Shown here one piece after another: positions 12,777-26,584 of a DNA stretch of 64,000 bases; the first letter of the stretch is position 1, and every line of letters starts with the position of its first letter. Origin of the DNA: Rhizodiscina lignyota (taxonomy: Eukaryota); contig ML978128.1 of assembly GCA_010015805.1 (NCBI GenBank), positions 1,178,001 through 1,242,000 of the forward strand, in the 5' to 3' direction. The notes under the pieces were generated by a model. It did not search any database and was not told the DNA's origin. It was given only the letters and a program-made list of their open reading frames with translations. The position numbers and the translations under genes were made by a program.

Positions 12777-15700
12777 TGTTGTTGAATGGAGTACCGAAAT
12801 GCTCGACGACTGGTAGAGGAAGCTTAATAGGGTCTTGAGAGTTGTAGTGCGTGAAAAGAGGTGGTTATCTAGAGAACTGATAGCAGTGGAGTTGTTGAGG
12901 TGGGAGCTGTTGATGTGTTGAGAGGACCAAGGGAGCTTCACTTCGGCGCACAATCACAGCAATTGCAGCCCTGGTGTTGGGGGAAAGTGGAGCAACAGGT
13001 GTATGGCGGGAGGGCAAAGGGAGGACAGAGCGGTAGATGTGCGAATTGCAGAATTTAAGGAGGAAGCTGGCTCGCAATATCGTTCCCGAGCAGGCGGTGA
13101 CAGCAGCTTCGACTTTCGAAATTTCCGCGCTTAGGCCACCTGCGAAAGGGTCCTGATGCAGGCCGAGGCCCCTGTCGTTTCGCCGCACCTTAGATCTACG
13201 CTGCGCCGCAGACACAGGACACTGCGCGAGCGAATTGCAGAGGAGAAGCAGTGAATACTGCCGTCCTCTGGCTCTGCAGGCCTGGACGTGAAGTGCTGCG
13301 ATATTTACTCACATCTCTGTACTACCATCCCCGCCTTTGGAGCGGCATCTGTGAAAGCTGAGCGCTGTCGGTCTCATCTCCGCGCTAGCCTCTCGTCTCT
13401 ACGCCGATGCTGTGTAATGAATTTTGGCGTCTGTGTCGACTCGCTCGATCTGCCCTTTCGTCTCGTCCGAGCCTCATCTGATAAGCATGCCAAATTGCAA
13501 TTCCGGTTCTCGGAGCCGCACGCGGTTTAGCCTCTGCGTTTTCTACTCAATGTTACGCCGCTCGCACCGCCGCTTCACAGCTTTTGCCAGAAAGGCAAAG
13601 ACTCCTGCGAGTTTCAACCTCTCGTCGCGCCGCCGCTCCTTGGCATACCGAGCCGATGGCAGTGGTCGCACAGTGTGGCTGTTCCAGCTGCTGTTCTCCA
13701 TACCAATGGGGTGCTGGAGCGCGACCTCGGGCGGGCACATGCAAATCTAGATACCAGCTGTTATCTGGCATGCGCCGAAGGGATGTATCCGAGTGAATGC
13801 AATGGAGCTCAATGAATTTTGACGTGGTGTGCGTGCCTGCAGAGCGGCCAATCCATGCACCAGTTGCAGCCACGCCCGACGACGATCCCTCCTATCGATG
13901 CAGTCCTTTCCTCAACCACTTTGTCACCCGCGTGCCAACGACCGAAGGGCCTTGGACGTGCCACGTTTGCATTCGGAAGAGTCTTGGTAGCTCGGGTATG
14001 ATCCAACGAAGGAGCACGGCAATTTCGATCTAACACCTATAGCGTACTTGCGTTTACTCGTCGACTTCAAGTGACACTAACGATTTGTATGTAACTAAAA
14101 TACATGTCGCCGTTGAGGTTTGAAAAATATCTAGTTCCATACGATATGAGAAATCTGAAATAACTGCTTCGCGCTAAGGTGTATGATCAGCCTCCCCTGA
14201 ACTATCTATGCTGGCGAAGCAGATCAGACAGCAAGGCAAGCCAGATTTGCAACTCTAACGCGGCGATCTTCCTCGAGCCACATCGGAGTACGTATCAGTA
14301 TAACAGAGCAAGATTTGCGTGAGTTATATATTCTCCGGAGTGTATTAAATAATAGCAAACTATTGAGAAAGCTGTACCTTGTGTTATCCATATAGGCTAT
14401 ACACTGATTCTGTTGAGTGTCTTGAGCGCTGCGCCCAAACTTTTTGGTCACCTTCTTGCCAGGGAAGTCACCGACCCGAGAAAGGATCGATATTTGGCCG
14501 GAGCACCGTTCGAGAACCCTCGTTAGATGTTCGAACAGAAGCAAATGTTTCTGAAGCCGAAGCCGTGGTAATTCAACTAGTCCTTGCTTCTGTGCAATCG
14601 TCACGAGGTTTGGAGGATGTACCTTCTGATGCCTTTTCCAGCCTTCCTTACCGAACCTCATAAGTAGACAGGAACAGAACCACTAGAAGTAGTCACCCCC
14701 AACTGTGAGTTCGTGATTGGCACCCACGTGGGAATTCCATTGCTTTGAACATGTATTTTTCCTTTTCATTTTGCATTCGCATTGCGCATTCGACGGCAAT
14801 CTCTTGGAGGCTTCTCCCGTTCCCTTAAGTTGTTCTAAAAGGATAGCCTTCGCCACAGTCAAGCATCTCTTTACTGCCGTAGACAGATGACAGCCTGAAT
14901 AGAACTCCCTGAAGGCGTTGCAGAGCTCTGGGACTCTTCCTACTGGTAGCGTAATCCGTTTTTGCAAGAAGGGGTCGACGATAACAGCAGAATACTTCGA
15001 AAGCGACTAAGGATGGGCTGGATACTGACACGCGCATACTTATACTCCTTTCCTTTCCTGTCGTCCTCTGCCACTTTGCCTGGGAGGTGCTCTGCGAGTG
15101 AGATGATATCCAGTGCTATGTTCTTATTTCAGAATATTATTGGACTAGTAGTCTTCCCTGCTTTCGGGTTTGGAGCCGGCGAGAACCGGAGTAGCCTGTC
15201 TTCTGCAAGTGAACTCCGAATCCCTCGAATGGATTGATCGACGAGGTAGCAGGTCTCATAGCGGCACATTTGACGGAGGGGATAGCAGGTCACGGAGATG
15301 GCGAGCACTCAGGGCGGGCAACAAACTACTATTGGATCCTTCGCGTTCTTCATCTTCCTCCTCTCTGTTGCTGTCACTGGGCGGATATTCATCGGTGTTA
15401 TCTGTCTCTTCACCCTGGACATATTGCTCCTTCTCCCGCCCTCCTCCTCGCTCTACCCAGGTACAAACAGGCGTCCGCTATCACCATAGCCGGTACATTC
15501 TTCGTTCCATGTTCTCCTCTGCAGTTCCGGAAGTCTCATGGACCTTCTTTCGTTCGGGCTATCCTCCACAGCTTCGGAAGAATGTTCACGGGTCAAAGCC
15601 CCAGGAGTAGAAGCTGGTACAAGGACCATGGCGGTCTCACAGTCAAGTCCGCCGGAATGGTAGCCGTGACATCAATAGCACATGAGTCACATTAGTCTAG

Positions 15701-15892
15701 CAGAAGAGCAAGCATAACTTAACATGTACCGCTCCAAAGCCTGTGGAGGCAATTTTTCGTTCAATTTGAAAGCTTCTATCAGCATAGACCGAAGCCTCCT
15801 AGCTCCAGGATATCTATTTACAAGTAAGCGTAGAAAGTTGTGCAAATGCGGGTTCTGCTAAGGGCAGCGTCACGCATTCCACGGTCAACGCG

Positions 15893-16631
15893 CTACGACT
15901 GTTGCGGTTGGGCTTGCTCTTGTGCTCTTGTTCTAGCTTCTTCGAGAGTCGGCATTTGACCGCGCTTGACAGGATATGCTCTCCAGGGATTGGCGAAGAC
16001 TTGCTTGTCACGAAGATGGATTGGAATAGTATCCTTTGGAGTTCCAGGAATGACCTTCTCCAAACCCTTTCAAAAACATCAGCTCATGATTGCCGAACGC
16101 ACACTGATTGACTTACAATATTGTCAAATACACACTTGTTAAGCTGTATCTCCGGGCCTCTGCAGTTCCACATTTGTTGGTTGTTCCTCTCCAGGCACTT
16201 CCAATGCCCTCGAAACTGCTCTATGCAGTGCTTGTTGATATCCTCCAGTCTGTAAAGCTAATGGTTAGCACTCCAGAAGGGTATCCGGCGATTCCATGCC
16301 TATGGATATGATTCAATGGGCCTTACACGCTCGCCGCACATCGCGTGACCTTCCTTCCTTCCCTCATGCAATCCAGCTCTCCCCGGCCATTGGCCTCATG
16401 CTTGCACATCATATAGTCATCATTGTACGATTTACATCTTGCACCGATAAAAAAGGACGCGCTCATAAGCGGAGCCGAGCTGGCTCCAACCTCTTTGACC
16501 TTGGGGATGTCATCGGGTAGAGGGGTTGTATCGATGAGGACTTCCTGATTGAACCTGGAGGGTAAGGAAGATGTTAGCAAGAATGATACCAATTGAATCA
16601 GAGATATCTACCTTGGCTGTCTCGCCGTCAT
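15893..16631 (-). CDS. NDUFA8: NADH:ubiquinone oxidoreductase 20.8-kDa subunit (NDUFA8), 4 exons
   Basis: Contains EVGASSAPLMSASFFIGARC, twin CX9C-type Cys pairs and EGRKVTRCAASV. Spliced downstream exons read LEDINKHC...KCVFDNI and GLEKVIPG. Confidence 0.93.
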
Positions 16632-16952
16632 CTTGAGCGACTACACTTGGTCGGCTGGAGCTACATTGACTTGGTGCCGAAGCTTCAAGCTGCTGGTTGG
16701 ATGCAAGGTCCAAGCTCGGAATCTGAAAAACTCCGATCCCGGCTTTCTGAGTTCCAGCGCAACAACCTTGAACCTTACGCGCAACAGTACTTCTCGAAGT
16801 GAGAGCACGCGTCAACTTCAACACTGGAAGTTGAACACGTCAATCTGTTGAGCGCAGGCCTTTACCTTGCCTCGCAGAACCCGATTACCTCTTTCGCTTC
16901 CTCATCAGCCTCCGAACTGGTTAAGATCGTGCTCAAGGCATAACTGGAGAAG

Positions 16953-18406
16953 ATGTCGAACCTCTTTGGTGGCTCGACGAGCACCACCAAGCCGGCATTA
17001 ACTCTCAATTTGGGTGGAGCGACTTCCTCACAGCCTCAGCAAAGCGGAGGATTATTTGGATCTTCCCAACCCGCGCAAGGCGGAGGACTCTTCGGCGCGT
17101 CGACAGCCCAGCCGCAACAACAACAACAAGCAGGTGGACTATTTGGCTCTACCTCGCAGCCTGTGCAGCCTGGGCAGACTGGTGGCCAGTTCGGTTCTAC
17201 TACACAACCTGCACAAACTGGTGGGCTCTTTGGCGCGTCCACACAACCTCAACAACAACAACAACCGACACTGGGTGGGGGTCTGTTCGGCGGTTCTACC
17301 ACACAGCAACCGGCTCAGCAAGGTGGAGGGTTATTTGGAAATACTCAGCAGAACGCAAGTCAAGGTGGTGGATTGTTTGGGGCTTCAACACAGCCTCAGC
17401 AGCAGCAACAGGGTGGGCTCTTCGGTTCGACAACACAACAGCCGCAGCAAGGTGGTGGTCTCTTCGCAGGAAGCATCGGACAACAGCAGCAACCGGCACA
17501 AGGAAGCTTCCTCGGGTCGTTTGGCGCTAGCGCAAACAGGCCGCAAGCAGGAAATTCGCTGTGGAAACCTGGAGCCACCATGGTTCCGCGAGAGAAGAGC
17601 ATCCCGGAGCAGATATACACGCTTCTGGAGAAATGGAGCCCAGAATCACCGAATTCTGTTTTCCAACACTACTTCTACAACAGCGTTGACCCGAAGCTTG
17701 TCCCTTACTTTGGCCCTGCACCGGACGAAGACGAGAAGAAATGGGAGGAAGCGCTTGCGAAAAAGCCTAGTGAGGGATCGATACCAATACAGGCGAAAGG
17801 CTTTGCTGGAGTAGGCGTTCGAATGCAATATGCAGCTAAAGCAACGGAGGAGCTGCAGCGTCGCATGCATGAAATCAACAGCAGCCTGACAGCAAACATG
17901 GAGAACCACGATCTCAAGACGACTGTACGCGTAGCTGATGCACGGCGGCGACATATGGCTCTCAGCCAGCGGTGCCTTGCGCTTGCTACAAAAGTCCAGG
18001 TGCTGCGCAACAGAGGCTATGCTATGGATAATGCAGAGGAGGTGCTGAAGCAGAAGCTGGCGATCCTGGAAAAGGGAGCATATGACGTGGTGCTGAACGG
18101 CAAGCAAGAGGAGATATGGGCGCGACTGTCTGATTTGAGAGAACGAGCATCGCTATTGAAAGAAGAGTCAGACAAGATTGGGAAGATCGCGAAGGCAGAC
18201 TCGGATGGATCTATTGACGATGACACCATGAAGGCGATCAAGAAGGTAAGAACATGTCCGATCTTGGCTATCATCAATGCTAACTTATTTAGTTACTTAA
18301 TGACTACGACTCACAACTGTCACACCTCAAGAAGGAGCTCGAGTCGATCCAGACCGACTTTGAAGGCTGGGAGAATGACAATCAAGAGGTTGCACGTAGG
18401 AGATGA
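16953..18406 (+). CDS. NUP57: Nucleoporin Nup57/Nup54; intron 18246-18292
   Basis: N-terminal GLFG repeats followed by the Nup54 domain (FQHYFYN, KWEEAL..KP, KVQVLRNRGY, EEIWARL) and a coiled-coil last exon. Confidence 0.92.
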
Positions 18407-19445
18407 CAGGGTAGAAATACTTCGTTTGGCGTTCAGGATCTTCGAGTGTATCAATCACGTTTTCAACGAGCATAGCGATTGGCGCGATACCCAGGCCATA
18501 CTACTGGCAAAAGTTTGTACATTAGGACAGGCCTAAAAGGAATGGAAGCGAAGAGGCTTTGTATTGCCAGGTAACTTGCGACCTAACTCCTATTCTGCCC
18601 CTTGCTGGTAGAGTGGAGCGTATTCTGCTGTGAAGGCTTTGTCGAGCTATTTGACTCGCGAGTTTGGATCATTGCAGCTCTCAATTGGCGAATGCATCCC
18701 ATTTCTGGAAAACAGTGCTGGCCCCCTTCAAATATCTCCGCAATCATTTGCCCGTGCCCGTGATCCTTCCAAGCTATCCGTCGTCGGATGATATGAGCCT
18801 GCTGTTATACAAGTCTCTTGACATAGTCGATCGCGAATGGCGCTGTACCCGAATGTCAGTTCGCTGGTAATGCCCTAGTAGGTGTTTGCAAAGCCGTACA
18901 TAGGTATAGTATCACGCAAGTTGCAGCCGCGACCATCAGGCCTTGGTTTGTCTCTTGCTCCATGGCCTACGGATCGCAATGATTGTATGAGCTATCGTCC
19001 GATGCGACGCAGTACACGCTCTCGTTCGGGAAAAATACCTGTAATTCGGCCTTACTCGGCGGTGGTGGTGCTATATGTGTGTTAGCTAAGGTACCTATGG
19101 CATCTGAAGAAAGTGACTTACGTCCTCCGAACATCGTGATAGGTTCCCGTTGTTGGAATAAGTTGCTTGAAGGTGGAGCTCGAAAAAAGTTGCGTCAATC
19201 TCCTTTAACGCGTCTATCGTTGGGCCGAAGTTTTGCCGCGGATTCTCCGTGCGAACCAGCGTTTACCTTCCGCCGCAGGTTTAAAAGAACAACCTCACTC
19301 ACTAACAACTTCCAACTCTCTACCCGCTCTACTATATTCTGCGGCTAGTACACTTCACACCGCTATTGCAAGTTTACACTCTCGGCTTTTCGTAGGCTTC
19401 TGAGCGACGCGACTTTGAAGCTCAACTCAATTAAAATCATCTAAG

Positions 19446-20920
19446 ATGGAGGACGTCACACCTCCCGCTGTCGAGCACCCAATGCCAGAAGTCGGACATG
19501 ATCCGGATGATCCACTGCGCCCAGAGGAGGAGGAAGAGGATCTACCAAATCCTCCCATCTCAGCACCTCATCAGGACGTAGAAGCAACAGAAGACAAAGA
19601 GGAGGCAGACCCAGACCTCTCTGACAACGACTCTGCACTCAGTGACCTAGATGATGCTGAGTTCGAAGACTTCGACCCTGCCAATATCGCTATCGATGAG
19701 CGTCCGGTCATCGCAGTTGACGATTCAAATGTTGGCTTGTTGGGTGTGCACAAGCGGAAGAGAACTGAGGGTGAGGATGGCGCAAAGAGGAAGAAGAAGA
19801 AAGAGGGAAGGAGGGAGAAGCCGAAGAAGAGTCGCAAGCGCAAAGACGAAGATGATGCGTTCAGTGGTGGTGAGGAGCTTGATGGGAAGAGGTCAAGAAA
19901 GAGAAAGGAAGGCGGCGAGAGAAGGGCGAGAAAGGAGAGAACACCAGAGAATGACGAGAACTTGACTCCCGAAGAGAGTGCGTGCAATGGAGACACCTGC
20001 TGAAGGAGCAATTTTTCGTGCTGACTATTGAAACAGGGCGCCGACGAGCTTTGAACAGAGCAATGGACGAAGCCTTGCGTGGTCCAAACAAGCGTAAACG
20101 CAGACAAGATGGAATTGTACGACTTCAGTTACTGCTGATCTTCATTTGACCTCACTAACTTCTTCCTAAGGATCTTGAAACCATGCAAGACGCTGAAATC
20201 GAATCCATGCGCACACGCATGACCAAAGCCGCCCAAGACGACACTGCCGCCCGCGAGGCTGGCCAGCCCGCCTACCACAAGCTCAAGCTCCTCCCCGAAG
20301 TCGTTGAGCTGCTAAACCGCAACACAATCAGACACAACCTCGTCGATCCGGACACCAATCTCCTCGAAGCAGTGCGTTTCTTCCTCGAGCCGCTCAACGA
20401 CGGCTCCATGCCCGCGTACAACATCCAGCGCGACCTCTTCGCCAGCGTCGCGAAGTTGCCCATCTCAAAGGACGCGCTGGTCGCCAGCGGCCTCGGCAAG
20501 GTCGCGTGGTTCTACACCAAGAGTACAAAGGTCGAGCCGAACATCAAGCGCGCGGCGGAGAAGTGTCTGAGCGAGTGGACGCGCCCGATCCTGCACAAGA
20601 GCAGTGACTTCAAGAAAGGCGCTCCCGACGGCCAGCTTGGCCTTCCACTTCGTGGTGCGCCGCTTGATCCCGCGACGGCGAGCCGGATGGCTGCTAGGGA
20701 GAGGATGCTCGAGACGCCAAACTTCTCGAATCGCGCGAGGGCTGCTGTCGGCGCGGGTAGCTATACAATTGCACCGCAGAGTAACGTGATGATGGGAGGC
20801 CAGTACGCTAGGGCACCAGGAGCGAGCGGCGACGATGCGTTTAGGAGGATGAAGGCTAGGCAGATGGGCAAGTCAGGCGGCGGAGGATCGAAGAAGAAAA
20901 ACCCTTATGGCATCGAGTAG
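19446..20920 (+). CDS. IWS1: Transcription elongation factor Iws1/Spn1 (3 exons)
   Basis: Acidic/basic N-terminus and a TFIIS-N-like domain: KLKLLPEV, LLEAVRFFLEPLNDGSMPAYNIQRDLF, SGLGKV, EWTRPI. Confidence 0.93.
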
Positions 20921-21389
20921 ACATGAGTCCTGGAGCGTGGATACCAGTACTCACTGGCCTCGCAAATCATGAGAAGAAATGTCGAATGAATTTCAAATCG
21001 TCAAAACCGTTACTAGGGCAGGACCTGGGAGGGATCAATCAGGCGATAGAGCTCGTGGCATACAGCTTCGCCACTTCCAATCACAATTTGGCGGGTAGAA
21101 CGGATACGATGCTTTGCATAAGGTCATTTGAGATGCTTTGTACTATAAAGAAGAGGTCCTCCAGTTTGCATTTGGACAATTGAGGAGCATGTCCAATACT
21201 TTTATCTACCAGTTACAAGAAATGGAAAAAGTGCTTCAACCCATTCATTGCTGGCTGCTTCCAAGTAAGGCCATGTGAGGATCCATCAGCAGTCCTACCC
21301 AATCCGCTGCTCATGCACGTAACAAAGGAAATTCAGAGTTCTCGCAATTTTTCATCACCCACACATGCACGTATCGATGCCCAACCCTT

Positions 21390-23130
21390 CTACCATCCGG
21401 GCGTAGGCGCCTGTCCCCCATGTTGCCCTCCATAACCCCCTTGTCCCGGATATGGATTTTGTCCTGGAGGACCACCGCTTCCATAGGGCTGTCCGCCCTG
21501 ATGAGCTGACGGGCTGGAGTAGTTTGCTGGACCGCCATAGCCCGCCTGCTGGCCGTAGCCAGGTTCTGCATGTCCGTAGCCACCCTGCTGAGGATTCGGA
21601 TTTCCATACCCGCCCTGGGGGCCGCCGTAGCCTGCTTGCTGCCCATATCCACTTTGGGGCTGATGCGGGTTTCCAGGTCCGCTCTGGTAGCCTGGCGGAC
21701 CTTGTTGTTGCGGATTCGGCGAGTACGCTTGATATGCGCCTGGGCCGCCGGGGTGTTGTTGACCTGGTTGCTGGCCGTAGCCCTGGTGTTGCTGGCCCGG
21801 TGGGGGAGGGAACTGGTTGTGCTGCTGCTGTTGCTGCGGTCCACCCTGCCCACCGTACTGGTTGTGCTGGTCGTGCTGCCCGTATCCTCCTTGATTCGGT
21901 GGGGGCGATCCGTATCCCTGATGTGACGGCGTACCATATCCACTTCCTCCCTGTGGTCCACCCGCTCCGCTGCTCGGCGGAAACCCGCCAAACTGCTGTC
22001 CTTGGCCATGCTGCTGGCCGCCATGTTGTTGCGGCTGGAAGCCCCCGCCTTGCTGGTTGTAGTTATGGCTAGCTTGACTCGGTTGGTAGCTCGACGGCGG
22101 CGCGGTGCCCGTGTAAGGACCACTGCTGTGCCCTTGGCTGGTGTAACCGTAGCTCTGATTCTGCGACCCATGGCTGCCATGTGAGCCTCCTGTCGCTGCA
22201 CCAATGACGCTGCCCAACATGCCGCCAAGGCCGCCTGAGCTCCCATGCGAGCCAGATCCACCATGCTGCTGCTGGTTGCTGGAACTGCTAGAGCTGCCTT
22301 GCTGATTGTGCGGTTTCTTGCCTCCCAGTAGACCGCTCGCCAATTGGCCAACCAGACCACTCGCACCGCCACCACCACTGCTAGAGCTGTGTCCACCAGA
22401 TCCGCTTCCATGAGAACTGCCGCTTGAGAGGAGGGTCGATGCTAGGCTGCCGAGGCCACCTCCGCTGCCTCCCGACTGTTTGCCCCCGCCCATGAGCATA
22501 TTAACTGCCATACCCTATTCACGACATTGTCAGCTTCTGTTCGCCTAACAAGACGAGTCTTTGACCCAAAGACAGAACAATTTAGGTTTGAAAGACATAC
22601 CCCAAGCCCGCCACTTCTGTCTGCCTGGTACCCTTCCTCTGAACCTCCAACACCTCTTGTGCCTTCACCTTCACTGCTCATTGTTCCCGGTGTCGAGCTT
22701 GTTGGTGGTGGGTAAGGCCCGCCTCCTTGAGCAGGCGTGCTATGTGCTGAACTCGTCGCGCCTGGCGCTGCGCTCGCCGGGCGTTCCCACGTAGAGACAC
22801 CTGTGGATATTTGGACGTAGTAGTATTTGCGGGAGCTGTGAGTGGCGTTTGTGTTAGCCTGATTGCGATCCTGAAAGAGGCGCAAGCCGAGGATGTGAGG
22901 AGAATCGCTGGCTTCAGCGGCGTTGGTATGTGTTGAGGAGGGGGGCAATGTGACAAAGAAGGATCAAGTGTTACCTCGAGTCCCATTGTGCTATCCAGCC
23001 ACTTGGTAGTGAGGGAACCTGTGTGTCATCGGGCCCAGCATCTACATCAACGCAGTCAGAGACCTCAGCTCCTTGGCAAATGTGTCCTGGGCAATATACC
23101 TGGAGACGACGGCTTCTGGATATCCGCCAT
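21390..23130 (-). CDS. WW-domain protein with long Gly/Gln/Pro/Tyr-rich low-complexity region (4 exons)
   Basis: The spliced model gives the WW domain LPSGWIAQWDS/SSRKYYYVQISTGVSTWERP, followed by ORF 21390-22511. Confidence 0.85.
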
Positions 23131-23659
23131 CTTGGCCGGCGGCACGCGTTGGTGGGGTGCTCTTCAGTGGCGTCGAGACGTTCGCGCAAATTCCGTGTAG
23201 GGGGAGGGGATAGGTGCTCGACGGAGAGTGAAAATTGAAGGAGGCAGCTGTTTGGGCATGAATTAAAAGGCGAGCTTAAGGCGGTGCGGAGGTCAGGTCG
23301 AGAGCTGTGGCTTAGCGCTGAGCGTAAGGAGCGCTTGCTCGTACATCAGCCCCTCCACTCGTTCGTCGCAATTTGCCTAACTAAGCTACAATGCGGCGAG
23401 TGCTGTTCAATGGAGCAACACACGCGACTTTCCGCTGCTCCACGGCATACGACCAGTGGCGACACGGACACGGACACGAAGTTGAGGATGCACAATATCG
23501 AACTAGGCATTACTATCCGCAATTTCATAGTGTATCAACCTGGATGACAGTAAACGGAAACTTTGTTTCAACCCCCGGCGCCCAACGTCCGGCTTTGATG
23601 CTTTCGATTATTGACCAATTGAAAAGCATTTTTGTGCATGTGCAATAACAATTGCCACT

Positions 23660-25438
23660 CTAGTATTCGGCTTCAGCGCCCTCCTCTCCCTCCAGAGAGT
23701 CTGCTGCGACCTCCTCGTAGTCACGCTCCAGCGCAGCCAGGTCCTCACGAGCCTCGGAGAATTCACCCTCCTCCATGCCCTCGCCGACGTACCAATGGAC
23801 GAACGCACGCTTCGAGTACATGAGGTCGAACTTGTGCGACAGAGCAGACCAAGCTTCAGAGATGGCAGTCGTGTTGGAGAGCATGCAACTGTATAGCGTT
23901 AGCTAAGGAATTCGAGAATGCAAAAATATTAGACTTACACAGCGCGGTTGACCTTGGCAAGGTCGCCATTTGGAACCATCTGAGGCGGCTGGAAGCAGAT
24001 GCCGATCTTGAAGCCAGTCGGGCACCAGTCCACGAACTGGATCGTCCTCTTCGTCTTGAGCGTAGCGACGGCAGCGTGAACGTCCTTGGGGACAACGTCT
24101 CCACGATACAGCAAGCAGGTCGCCATGTACTTTCCGTTGCGCGGGTCGCACTTGACCATCTGGTTGTTGGGCTCGAAGCAAGACATGCTGATTTCCTGCA
24201 CAGAGTTGGCCTCGTGGGATGCCTTGGCGGCAGAGACAACAGGTGCGTAGGCGACAAGCGGGAAGTGGATACGAGGGTATGGCACAAGATTGGTCTGGAA
24301 CTCGTTGAGGTCGACGTTGAGAGAGCCATCGAAGCGGAGGGAAGCAGTGATGGAAGAGACAACTAGCGCTGGTCAGTCTACGTCACAACATCTGAAGTTA
24401 CTGACTCACCCTGGGCAATGAGACGGTTCAAGTTCTCATAGTTAGGCCTCTCGATGCCCAAGTTCCTACGGCAGATGTCGTAGATGGCCTCGTTATCAAC
24501 CATGAAGCTGCAGTCCGAGTGCTCGAGCGTCGTGTGGGTGGTGAGGATGGAGTTGTACGGCTCGACAACCGACGTAGCGACCTGTGGCGCAGGATACACG
24601 CAGAATTCGAGCTTGCACTTCTTGCCATAGTCCACAGACAGCCTCTCCATCAGCAGAGCACCGAAACCGGAGCCAGTGCCGCCTCCAAAAGAGTGGAAGA
24701 CCAAGAAACCTTGGAGACCAGAGCAGTTGTCGGCGACCCTGCGGACCTTGTCGAGGACTTGGTCAATCAACTCCTTGCCAACAGTGTAGTGGCCACGAGC
24801 ATAGTTGTTCGACGCGTCCTCCTTGCCAGTGATCATCTGTTCAGGGTGGAAGAGACTGCGGTAGGTGCCTGTGCGGACTTCGTCGACGACATTGGGCTCA
24901 AGATCGCAGTAGATGGTGCGGGGGACATATTTTCCCTGGCCTAGTAGTCTTTAAGTGATTGCTCGTGAAGACTATATCAAGTTCTACCATACCAGTCTCG
25001 GAGAAGAAAGTGTCGAAGCCGTGGTCGTCGTCCTCCTTCTTGCGCTCGTCGGTGAGGTAGCCATCGGGCTAGATTAATGTCAGAATCAAGCAGTAACTGG
25101 CAGGAGATTGATGCATACCTGAATTCCGTGTTCAAGGCAGTAGAGCTATCAAGACATCCTTGTCAACATGTGTTTCTTCATTTGCTTTCATGGACTGCAG
25201 GGGCCTCGTGCGTGGCCAAAGCCCCTGCGCAGAAGTTTCATGCAGGATATTGAGGGATAAAGCGCGTCTTGACTTACTTCCCAGCACGAGTTGGCAATTT
25301 GGCAGCCCGCCTGGCCGACTGTACGCGTCGAATGTCAGCTTCTTTGTCCGAGTCTCTTCTTTCTCGCGCATGTTGTCGTCTGGCGGTCAGGGGATGCGGG
25401 GGTGTTTACGTACCGTTCAAGCTAATGACTTCGCGCAT
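23660..25438 (-). CDS. tubA: Alpha-tubulin (7 exons)
   Basis: MREVISLN start, GGGTGSG tubulin signature, [20 protein letters not shown] and acidic tail ending EAEY. Six GT-AG introns. Confidence 0.98.
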
Positions 25439-25732
25439 TTTGTGAAGTTCGAGTGTCTCTGACTCTGGGACCGACTAGAATACTCCGGATGGTGGGTGAG
25501 GAGGGAGAAGGAAGATGGTGGGTTGTGGGTGGGATATGGGGAGAGATGTTTACTCAGGGTGCGATTGGAAGCGATGTGTATGCAGCGCACGGACGCTTTT
25601 CGATTTTTGATAGCTTCGTCCCAAGGCAGCCGCGTTTTGCTGCCCCTCCAACAAGCGCGAGCAGCCGTACTATTCCGCCCTCCACTGAAGCAATTGGCGC
25701 CGCCATGAGACACTCAGTTTATTGACCATTCC

Positions 25733-25744
25733 GACGCGCGCGTC
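25733..25744. promoter_or_regulatory. Palindromic CGCG/MCB-like element in the tubA-PGA1 divergent promoter
   Basis: GACGCGCGCGTC is a perfect 12-bp palindrome lying in a 340-bp divergent gap. Confidence 0.35.
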
Positions 25745-25778
25745 TGCCACGGGAGACACACGCCGCGCTTCCGTGAAG

Positions 25779-26584
25779 ATGCGCTGGACCTCATTCGTTG
25801 TCACGCTACTCCCCACCGCGTTCGCCAACGTCGAGAAGACAATATTCAAGGCTCCCCCGTCCATCACCATTCCTCAAACTCAACCCAACTTTGAGCATCT
25901 ATGCTTGCATACCCTCACTCCATCACGGCCGACCTTGAATACAGACCTCGCCGCGCGCTTTCCGTCTGAGCAAGCGCCGCGGGGTATTGAATCGTGGCAC
26001 CTGCTGGACGACCTGAGCGAAGGGCAGCGACACGAGCTGAGAATCTGCTGGGCTGCTATTGTGAGCTCTGACTTTGCATCTCCATGGGTCTGCGATTGCT
26101 CACTTTAACAGCAACCCACTGAATTCTGGCTTAACGTTTACACCCTGAACGAAGTCTTCGACGCACCTTCCCTCGTCACCTCCCTTGCCGCCTACTCTGA
26201 ACAAAGAAAGGAACGTGCATCATGCGGAAGTAGGAGCACGTTGAACCCGGATACTGGGACCGGGAACAGACGATCACTACTGTTCCTTCGTGTCCAATCC
26301 GCTGCAGACTACTTCACCACAAACAACACTCTCATGCGCAACCCACCAGACGTTCATGTGGACATCAGTACGAATGCCAATATCTCGTGACGTATTTGTG
26401 TCACCTTAATAACATGTGAATGGCAGTTCTCGATCCATATGTACTCGGCATTTTTCCACGATCACTACTTCCAACAGCTGTGTACCTGCTCTCCCTCACA
26501 ATCATCGGCTGGTACCTGTCAGGCTACCTATGGTCAATCATTTCCAAACCACCTCGAGCGAACACGAAAGCGCACAAAGCATAA
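25779..26584 (+). CDS. GPI-mannosyltransferase II co-activator Pga1-like protein (3 exons)
   Basis: Signal peptide followed by ANVEKTIF, ELRICWAA/QPTEFWL, FLRVQSAADYF, VDI/ILDPYVLGIFPRSLLPT and a C-terminal TM helix, matching my recollection of filamentous-fungal Pga1-family proteins. Confidence 0.75.

Noticed and set aside
13163..13730. CCGAGG/CCTCGG FarA-type sites upstream of fad2, and GATA sites at about 54069-54106 upstream of GLT1
   Set aside because: Biologically plausible, but these are isolated 5-6-mers expected by chance in GC-rich DNA.
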